From the NCBI GenBank assembly GCA_000388065.2, contig KB932202.1: a DNA stretch of 64,000 nt. One strand, 5' to 3'. This DNA comes from Fonticula alba ATCC 38817 (Eukaryota > Protista > Nucleariida). Numbering within the stretch: position 1 is the first letter of the stretch; every line of letters starts with the position of its first letter. The notes beneath the pieces were generated by a model, which saw only the letters and a program-made list of their open reading frames with translations, searched no databases and was not told where the DNA came from. Positions 10,911-20,700 of this stretch are shown here, piece by piece. Position numbers and translations under genes: made by a program.

Positions 10911-12950
10911 CTAATCCTTCTTGGTGGTGCTGGTGGCCGGCTGCGAGCCGGACGCAATCGCCGCCGCGGTCGACAGAACCGTCGGGTTGTTGAACCAGAA
11001 GGTGCCAGAGTCCTCGGCATCGCTGTCGCTGTCGCTATCGCTGCTGCTCGCCGAGGCCACTCGCTGGCGCTTGGCTTCGCCGGTCGGAGACCCCTGCCCG
11101 CCGGCAGTGGCCGAGCGCTTGGCCCCGGCGGCGCCGGTCGTCGCCCCGGCCACCGCGCTCCCACCGCCAGTCAGGAAAGCCTGCGCCGCCGAAACATTTG
11201 CCCGACCGCCAGCGCCGGTGGCCGCGGCGCGCACCTTCTCCGGCAGGGGGAGCGAAATGCGATCGCTCACCGCCGATGGCAGGGGGAGAGTGACTGCCGG
11301 AACCGGAGCAGGGAGGGCACCCTGGACCGACCCGGTGCCGAAGGCCGCATTGGCCCAGAAGTCGATGTGCTCTTGCGAATGGCCGAGCGCCTGCCAGTAG
11401 GCACGCCACTGGGGCTCAGTCTCTGGGGCCTGGCTCTCCGGCGGGGTGGGCCCAGCAGGGGCGGAGGCCTTCTCTTGGCCATTGGCCGCCTGACGACTAC
11501 GAACCGACTGGAACAGCTGCCGGAAGGCGCTATACTCATCGGTGGAAGCCTTGGATCCATGGCGCTCGAGCACTGCAGCCAGCAGCTGGCGCTCAGACAT
11601 CTCAGCCAGCGCCTGGCGCACGCGGGGGTTCGGATCCTCATTGGCCCAGCGAATGTTGAGAACCTACAGGGGGCCAGGTGTCAGTCGAGGGGGGAGAGAA
11701 GGAAAGAAAGCAAGGAAGAGGGAAGGGGGAGAGAGGCTTCGATGAAAACCCAAGGAGAACCGAAAGATCCTGACGGACCTCATTGTCATCAAGCGACTGG
11801 TGGTGCATGGCCTCCTTGGCAAATTCGGCCGAGGCGCCCTTTTCATACCGGACGAAGGCAACGTCCTTGTCGCGAAGCACATTGACTGGTAGCAGAGGGG
11901 AAACAAGCGGACCGGCGGCGGGCCATCGAGGAAGTTGAAGAGACGGCAGCATGGGTCAGCCAAGGGACGGGGCAAATGAACACGCGGAAAGCGGGCACGG
12001 GGAGGAAAAGGGGGCCACGAACTGCTACTCAGTTTCCCATAGGCACTGAAGTGACGAAGAAGGACGTCCTCCGCGTTGCGGATGCCGCGCCCAGTGTGGA
12101 CGCCGCCCACATAGAGGGTCCGGTTGTCGCCTTCGAAGGAGCCGACACCACCGCGGTCCTGCCGCTGGAGGAAGTGCTTCTCACGGCCGAAGCAATCGTA
12201 CATGTTGTCCTCCTTGAAGTTCTCGCCAGGGACATTGTGCAGGTACCCGCAGTCGCCGCCCTTGTCGCAGCAGCCGCTATCAGACGATGAGGAGAGAGAG
12301 AGAGAGGGGGGGGGGGGAGTCAAGAGGGAAGACGTGTTAGCAGGCGCGGGTCAAAGAAGAAGGAGAGGGAGGGGGAGGGGGAGATGAGAGTGGCGCGCAA
12401 TCTCGACGACGTACTGGGCATAGTCGAGGCAGATGAAGGCGTGGGAATTGTATGAGCCCTTGGTGAGACCCGAATCCAGGGCAACGTCGATGCGCGTGGA
12501 GGCTAGCTCTCGACGGCCACCGTGCGTCCCGGCGAAGCCACCACCATGGCGATTGTAGAAGATGTTGTAGCCGGTGGTGCCGTCCGGCGCGCGATCCATC
12601 GCCGCGCGACGTTCATTCTCCCACGAGGCCGCCTTGAGGGGGGGGGGGGGGGAGGGGGGACAAAGGTAAGGAAAGAGGCTCGGGAGCATGGTGCAGAAAC
12701 GGCGAGCGTGGAGGAGGGCGGTAGGGGCCGGAGGGAGGCGACCGGATATGCGAACCTGCTTGCGAGCCGGGCGGCTGGTCACCAGAGTCGGGTGAAGATT
12801 CAGCGCGGTGGAACGGCCGCCAGATGGAGCAGCAGTAGCGGCGGCCGACTGGCCGCTGTTGGGCGACACAGCAGCAGCAGCGGGGGTGGGGGGTTGGGCA
12901 TTGGCAGAGACACTGGCGGCCGCCTGGTCATTGTTGGAAGAGGAAGACAT
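10911..12950 (-). CDS. CWC2: Pre-mRNA splicing factor Cwc2 (Torus, CCCH zinc finger, RRM); 5 exons: 12950-12756, 12632-12415, 12276-12023, 11885-11779, 11663-10911; about 508 aa
   Basis: RPARKQ, YNIFYN, DSGLTKG, C-x7-C-x5-C-x3-H finger (CLDYAHGCCDKGGDCGYLH), DCFGREK, RTLYVGG and AEFAKEAMHHQSL..VLNIRWANEDPNP. Confidence 0.93.
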
Positions 12951-12963
12951 TTTTGGCGCAGGG

Positions 12964-13006
<43 letters not shown>

Positions 13007-14473
13007 CGAGGGAAGGATGAAGGAGCTTGCTCCCGAAAGAGTGCCGATGTGCAGGGCGGGGCGAAATGCACGCGGGCAACCACACTGAGGCGTAGAGAGG
13101 TGCAGGGGGGGGGGAGGCAAGAGGTCGACAGAGGGGGAGGCAGGGGCGCCAGTGTGGGGGGAGGGAGAGAGAGAGGGGAAGGTTTGGAGGAGTGTCCTCA
13201 CAAGTGAGATCAGCCCAGGCAAAGGGGTCCGAAAAGGACCCGGGCATCCGCGACGGCCCGAGAGGAAGAGACACTTGGAGCGTGCACCGGGGGGGGGGGG
13301 GGCGGGAGAGAAGCGGGCGCGCCCGTCCGGCGGCGGTTGTCCGCTGTCGAGGCCCGCTCAGCGTTGGGAGTGCCGTTGGTATGTGTGGGCGTGATCATCA
13401 GCTGCGTGACTGGCTGATTGGAATTTCGCCTCCTTGCCCGTGAACCCGGTGAGCCGTGAGCCGGCCTCCGGTGTGTCTCCGGGTCCCGGGGGTCGGCGGC
13501 GCGTCTGCCGCGGGCTGGGGCACCTCGTGAAGAAAACGGCCCAACAGCCCCTGTCTGCGAGGGAGGCCGCGGGGAGTGTACCCCCCCCCCTCCCCCCAAG
13601 CAGCGCTCAGGCCCAGGGGCGTGGTTGCTGGGCTCTTTTTTAGGTTCAGCCGCCAACGCAACGGGACGGACTGCATTCATGCAGCCAGGCCCAGACAAAT
13701 AACTCGGTGCCCCCCTCTCCCCCCCCCCCCCCCCCCCCGGGCAAGTCCGCGCGGTGGGGACTCGGCGCCGGAGAGGCGCATGGCGCCCGGCTCATTGGCA
13801 TAATTGTGGACGTTGTAGGATTGAAAACACGGCCATGACCTGGGCGGGCAAGGAGGGGGGGCGGGGGACTTGAAGGTGGCTTTCCTCCCGAGGAAGAGAC
13901 ACACATCTCCCTGAGGCGCGGGGGCGGCGGGGGGGGGGGGGGGGGTAAGGACCAGCCATCCTCGGCCGACAGGGGGAAGGTCGCGCGGCGGCCATAAAAT
14001 CGACGGCCTGGGATTTCCTCCCCATTGATGGCCCGAACACTCACGCACGACTAGCACACCGAAGGAGCGGGGGCCCATCCAGAGATCCGCATCTATTCTG
14101 GCGGTTTCATCCCTCTCTCAGTCGGCGGATAACGATCTGGTCCCTGGATTAGCCCCCTCGCCGCGCTCCCCGGGCGGACCATGGCCTCGCCTGCGACAAC
14201 ATGCCAGTCGCTCGCCCGGACAGATCCCAGGGGACCGGTCCCCGAAAAGAGTCCTGCCCGGGCTCCCTTTGGGGCCGGTCTCCTGTCCACCACCTTGCCA
14301 CTATTGGGTGACTTTTCCACACACGCGCCCCCCCCCCCCTCACACCACCCCGGCCCCCAGGCCCGACATACCTCCCCCTCTTTGCCTCTTCCCCCCTCCT
14401 CCTCCTCCCCCCTCATCTGCCCATCTTCTCCCTCCCAGCACACGCACACACACGCACGCAGCCTGCCATTGCC

Positions 14474-17400
14474 ATGTCTGCCGCCACGGTCCCGGAGGCT
14501 GGGGTTGCCGCGGTTCCCCCATCGCCAGCTGGTGGTGTCTTCGGCCTTGGTGCGCCCTCGTCAGCCACGGAGGCCAGCCTCTTTCCCCCTCTTCCCGAGG
14601 CGCCGGCGCCGGGATTTGTGATCCAGGTTCAGCCCCACTCGTTTTTGGTCCAGCGCGTCCCAGAGGCCTCGTCAGCCACGGCACGCAGCAGCCTTGTCAC
14701 CCCGACCTTGTTCATCCCGCGACTGTCGAAGACAGCTCGCAATGGGCAGGCCACCGGCCCCGATCCGCCGTCCATCTTCCCCATGCCCTACCTTGATGTG
14801 GCCCACTCGTCTGAGGCCGCGGCCGACCCTACCTTCCTGGTTTACGGCCTTCTCGGGACGTATCAGCTCCTGCGCACGCGGTACTTGGTGTGTGCCTAAC
14901 TGCGGCCTGGCTCCCAAGTGTGCTCTCTCTCTCTCTCCCTCTCGCTCAGGTGAAATGCTGCTGACATCTTGCCCCTGTCTATTGCTTCCCCCCCCCCCCC
15001 GGACTCCCCTTTCTCCGTTTGTCACATTGCAAAGGGTGTCGTCACTTCCGCCAATGTGGTGGCTGTCCTCCCATCGGCCACTGGTGGCGTGAGCCTCGTG
15101 CTGACTGCTCGGTCGGTGTCGCTGCTGTCCTTCGATCCGGATCTGCCTGCATTCCATTCGGCTGCGGCCGGCCGCGACGCGGCGGCCATGTTCGACTCCA
15201 GTGACTCCTTCAGTGTCACCCAAATGGGAGACGCCCGCAATCGGGCGCCCCGCAGCTTCCCCCTCAATTTGGAAGCCTCCTTCTCGCACTTCCTGGAGCA
15301 ATCCGGCTTTGTGGCCCCGGGCGCCAATGTAGAGGGCACAGGAGCGGAGCTCCCACCGGCCGGCCCCGGTGGATCTCAGCCTCTGTCACGGTCCAACACC
15401 ACCGGCTCGCGCATCGCCTCCTTCATCACCACCTCGGCCGATTTGTCCTCGCGCACCATTGCTGCCACGGCCAAAACCGTCGGTAGTGCGGGGGCCTCTT
15501 CGGCCAGTTTCCTTACTGGGGTGTTTGGGCGCAGTAGCTCAAACACCCCTTCCGCCAGTCGGCCTGCATCCTCCGCGCCACGCGCCGCCCCCCCGCCGGC
15601 CGTGCCGCTGGCCACTCTCGATGCCCATCTTCCGGATTTACTGCGCCCGGCAGTTCCCCCGACGGTGACGTTGGCGTCGAACCCGGCGGCTGACATCGAC
15701 CGGCTCCCTGCCCTCGAGGCACCGGACATCCGGTTCCTGACCCTGGCATCTCTCAGTGACCATGATGCCCGAGCCATGGAGCGCATCGCCCGGCTGCTGA
15801 CCTCCGGGTCGGCCATCTTCACCCTGCACCCGGTTGCGGTGCGCGACTTGGCTGACCTCGATCGCGCCGTGCAGGCGGAATATGACGACCTCACTCGGTC
15901 CATGCAGAGCCGACTCACCCGGCCCTCTCGGGGCCGTGTGGCTGGCGATGATGCCTTCTGTATGAATGCCGCGTCGCTGATGCTGCTGGTGGACCCTTGC
16001 TCGGGGGATTCCGAGCGCCGGCGCATTTCGATGAGCCCCTTCTGCATTCGCCTGGTCCATGGGTTTGCCCAGTCGTCGGTGCGCATGGTTTTTCCCTGCC
16101 GGCCGGGGGAGGAGGGGGGGGGGGGGGGTCGCTCCCTTTTCCCGCGTATCTTCCAACTAACCATGATCCATGTGCCCTCGGGAAGACTGTGACCCTTTCC
16201 GGCGTTGTGCTGGTGGTGTCACTCCATGCGCGCAAGCATTCCGGCCGGCCAGGGCTCCGGTACCAGCGTCGGGGCAGTGACCTGGCCGGTAATGTGGCCA
16301 ACTTCGTGGAGTCCGAGATGCGCATCGCACGGCTAGCCAGCACCGGGGCCCCGACCACCGCCTCGGGCGCTAATGTGGTGGATTCCCCTCCCTCCGAATG
16401 GCTGATCGCCTCGCACGTGCAAATTCGCGGCTCCATTCCCCTCCTTTGGACCCAGCCGCCTCAGCACAAGCTGGAACTCCGGCCGGCCATCAATGTCTCC
16501 TCCAGCTGGGACTCCTGCTCGGCCGTGTGTCGAAAGCACTTCGAGTGGCTGGTACGCGCCTCCTGCCCTGCGTCCTCCCATACAGTCCCTCGACTCTCTT
16601 GCCCCACAACCTGCCGCTGGTCTGACCCATCTATGCGCTGTAGAAAACCCGCCACAACAACATTGTTTGCGTGAATCTCGTGGACAAGGAGGGCCGTGAG
16701 AAGCAGCTCGGTGAGCACTTTGGTCGCCATCTCAGTCAAATTGCCACCCCCGGCGTGAGGTATGCGGCGGACCCCTCTCGCCCCCTTTGCTCCTGCCCGG
16801 GTGGATAGACTCACCAGCATGTGGTACATGGAAATTGACGACCCGCCTGCCCGATCACACAGCTACGAGGCCTTCGACTTCCATGCGGAGTGCCGAGGTG
16901 GGCGCTTCGGCAACATCGACCGACTCATCGACCGGATCGAGAAACGCGCCCTGGCTGACCATGGGTTCTTCTGTCTGCGCGTGCGGGTCCCGGCCCGCGC
17001 GACCACCGTGGCCGACATCGAGGCCGCCATTCTCAGCCATCAGCAAGGGGTTGTCCGGACGAATTGCATCGACTGCTTGGATCGCACCAATGTCCTCCAG
17101 GCGTCGGTGGCCTCGCGCTTGTTCACGCGGGCCTTTGTTCACGGGCACATCTTGCCCACCCTGTCGTCTGTCTCGCGTGATGCCCTGCTCAGTGCGGACA
17201 ATGCGGCCATCATCGAGCGCCAGATTCACCAGATGGCCCTCGCCACCGGCGGAGCGCAGGACTTCGCTGATACTCGCTATGCGAATGGCTCCCCGGCCTC
17301 GGAGCCTGGCGATGATACCGTCACCCCGAGCGAGAGTGAGGCAGACACGGACTCGGAGGATGAACTCAGTACACCGGTGCTTCGGCAGCGGCGCCTCCGG

Positions 17401-17798
17401 CAGCAGCATCGCCAGCAGCTGTTGGACTCTGAGCCAGGGTCGCCTGGTGGCGATGAGCTGACATCCCTGGTCGCGGTGGACTCCCGGTCAGTGAATGCCC
17501 CGGTACCGACTGCCGGGCGTCCGGCCTCTGCTCTTCGGTCGCTGCCTCTGGGGTCGCACTTTGATGCCCTTCTGGCGGCCATTTGGGCTGACCATGGAGA
17601 TGCTCTGAGTCGGGCGTATGCCGGTACAGCCGCCCTCAAGGGCGACTTCACACGCACTGGGCGTCGGACTACCTCCGGCCGGATGACCGACGGCGTCAAC
17701 AGCATGACGCGCATGTATCGCAATGCCTTCATCGACTCCGACCTGCAGAATCTATATGGTACGTGCCCTGTCTGCGCGCGCATGTCCCCCGCCACACA

Positions 17799-17870
<72 letters not shown>

Positions 17871-19061
17871 CACGTATATGCCACACTCGCCATCTGAACA
17901 CGCGGTCCCTCGCCCTGGCTCTCGATGCCAACAGGGCTGTCACTTGCCTATCTCCTGCTTACCCTCCTCCCTCCCTCCGGTCCCCCGGTATTCCCCCCTC
18001 CTCGCAGACTATATCTATGGTCGGCAGTCATGTGAGGTGTTCTTGCCACAGGCGGCGCCCTCGCCCTCTCTCTCGTCGCTGGGCCTGCGCGAGCGCACTG
18101 CCTCTAGTAGCAGCACGGCCCCGATTGCGGCCTCGGAGACAAGCGCCGAGCACACCGCACTTCTTTCGGCAACCGGTAACAAAGTGAACGCCAAGATGGC
18201 CTTCTCGCCGGAAACCCAGCAAATCGAGGACCCCTTCGTCAATGTCTACAAGTGCGTATCGCCCTCCGGCGCCGGCTCTTCCTGTTGCCACTTCCTCGGG
18301 ACATTTGTGCCTGCTTCTCCCAGCCATTGACGCGCCACCCTCCTTGCTAAAAATTGAAAAAAAAAAAAAAAAAACATAGGCCCTGGCTTGAGGAGGGCGA
18401 GGTGGCCCTTTTCTCGTTCCTGGTCTACCAATTGGCCACACGCTTTGATGACCCAGCCAACTTCGCGACCGCCGAGCCGACTCTCACTTCGCGCATTCTC
18501 GTAGCCACGGACTGTGCACTGTTGCTGTTTGGCACGCCTCCCGGGCACCTGCCGGGTGGTCGCCCCCCTCCGCCCGAGCGTATTGACCTCCGCACGATCA
18601 TCGCGTGTCTGCCCTCCCGGCCGCTTCTGGCGCGCCATGCGCCCGGGTCCGGGCCCCACAATGCCGATGACTCGCTCGCTGACTCGCCGAGCATCTCCCA
18701 CTCGCTACAGTGTCTGCTCATGGACCAGAATGGGTCCGGTGGCGACAGCCAAGCGGAATGCTCCAGCGCCAGCACCCCGGGCACCGACCGGGTGGACGTC
18801 AACATCCTGCTCATCACTGGGGATGACCATCCGGGAGGTATCGAGCAGGCGGCCTTGCTTCTGGCCCTGGAGGCGGAAGTCGAGCATCACCGCGCCATGC
18901 TGAATGCACCTCGGCAGGATGGTGGAGCAGGACAGGCGGACTCGGAGCCGGCTCCGGTCGCGCCGTCCAGCTGCCTGGACATGCCCGGCATCCGCCGGCT
19001 ATCTCTCTCACGGCTGTCCTTCTCGGAGGCCGAGCGTCTACTCAAGCACATCCAGATCTAG
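14474..19061 (+). CDS. Sac-domain phosphoinositide phosphatase, SAC2/INPP5F-like; 7 exons: 14474-14887, 15035-16078, 16186-16551, 16644-16759, 16863-17758, 18008-18251, 18380-19061; about 1253 aa
   Basis: SacN YGLLGTYQL, RYQRRG..GNVANFVESE, QIRGSIPLLWTQ, catalytic RTNCIDCLDRTN (CX5RT) and AGTAALKGDFTRTG..DGVNS as in INPP5F. A C-terminal RILVATDCALLL segment is compatible with an hSac2/PH-like domain. Confidence 0.88.
17797..17870 (+). repeat. (CACG)n tetranucleotide microsatellite, about 18 units, in Sac intron 5
   Basis: Seen directly. Confidence 0.95.
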
Positions 19062-19630
19062 AGGGGAGTTGCGCACGCGCACAATCGTGCATGTGTGTGT
19101 GTGTGTATGTGTGTGCCGCATGTGCTTCCCTACACACATCCATGGCCCAGGAAGTGCCAATAGACACATAGATTGTCCCGGACCTTGCTTTGTTACCTTT
19201 GGTCCCTTGCTTTGTGCGCTCATGTCCCCCTGCTCCCGCCGCCTATCTTTCTCCCTCTCGGAGTTTGCCTGTCGTGGGAAGGCGCGTCGGCGCGTGCCGA
19301 GGGGGAGGCGGAGAATGCTGATGCGTTGGCACATGGGAACAGGTGAAGCATGGCCCGCGATCTGGGGTCCATGCGCGCGCGTGCGCGCGCGCGCGCGCGC
19401 CGAAAAAAGGGCCAGGGCTATGGGCCCCGCCCGGGGGACCGGCGAGCAACACTGCTCTTGGGGCGGCGACATGGCAGGTGGGAAAGCGTCCATTCAACAT
19501 TTCCCTTCCCTTCCTCGCTGCACACATACGTGCACCGCACACACGCCCACACACCCTTTCCTGTGTCCCCCCCCCCCCTCCCTCTCTCTCCTTTTTATCT
19601 CCTCCCTCCACGCCTGGTCCAAACCTGCAA

Positions 19631-20425
19631 ATGAAGCCCACCAAGGTGGCGAAGCCCAGCGACAAGTCCGCTGCAAAGGCCAAGAAGGCTGCCCCGCCTG
19701 CTGGTAAGGACGCCAAGATTGACGGGTTCTTGGATGACATCTTCAAGAGCGTCTCCTCCAAGGCCAAGCCTCAGGCAACAGCGCAGCCCACCCCCGGCAC
19801 GAATGATCTCGATGCCTTCCTCGATGCTGAGGACCCCGAGGAGGGCGTCGAGCTGACCGATGCCGAGAAGAAGGCCAAGAAGATGCTGATCGCTCGGAGT
19901 CTTTCTAGGATCTCCTCCGGGACAAAGGAAAGCGCGGAGACCTTGCTGAAGAAGGCCACCGGGAGTAAGACCGACAAGACCGGTCCTGATGACGATGGGT
20001 TTGCCGACAGTCGCGGTAGCCGTCAGCAAGGTGCGTTTGTGTGGGTGTGGGTGGGTGTGTCCGTGTGTGTGTGTCACTCTTTTGGAGGGCTGACAACCAT
20101 GGCCAGGCCATTCTGCAATGGTGGTAGGCTAACATCTCGCTGTGGCTCACTTCTCACCCTTTCTCCTCGATCCCCTCGGCGATGTACACACACGCACACA
20201 TGCATACATATAGGACGTTCCTTCACCGAGGATGGCTATCCGATTTACACTCCCGACGAGCTTGGCCTCGGCAAGGGCGGTGGTACGCTCGCATGACATA
20301 CTTCGCGTCATTTATTGCGCAATGCAGAGCACCCATACGCCGACACACACATACACACACCGCCCACTGACCGGTTGAACCCAGACACCGAGGACTGTCC
20401 GATCGACTGCGATTGCTGCTTCTAG
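19631..20425 (+). CDS. DUF1764-family protein; 3 exons: 19631-20030, 20214-20282, 20385-20425; 169 aa
   Basis: Lys-rich N-terminus, IDGFLDDIF, FADSRG, TEDGYPIYTPDELG and terminal GG-DTEDCPIDCDCCF*. These match the recalled family signature, and splicing is in frame. Confidence 0.85.
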
Positions 20426-20700
20426 GCCACTTCCGGGTGGCCAACTGTCTCGCGCTTCCAGGGACCCACAAACTTGCCAGCCAGCACAAACACACCACAA
20501 CAGAACAAACAATACCCTCTACAGGTGACATGGCATGTTGGATTGGGCATGTGGTAAAGCCACCGCTGACGCTCCTGGCCCGGTTATCGTGGCACAGGAT
20601 CGCCCGAAGCACACCATGCCCAATGGTGCATGAGAGGAGCGGGGGGGGGGGGGGGGAACAAGGAAACGGACAAGTAGGCGGGTGGGGGATGGAGGGTGCT

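Noticed and set aside
17797-17870. Tandem repeats as a possible CRISPR-like array
   Set aside because: They are simple microsatellites with no spacers, in a eukaryotic context.
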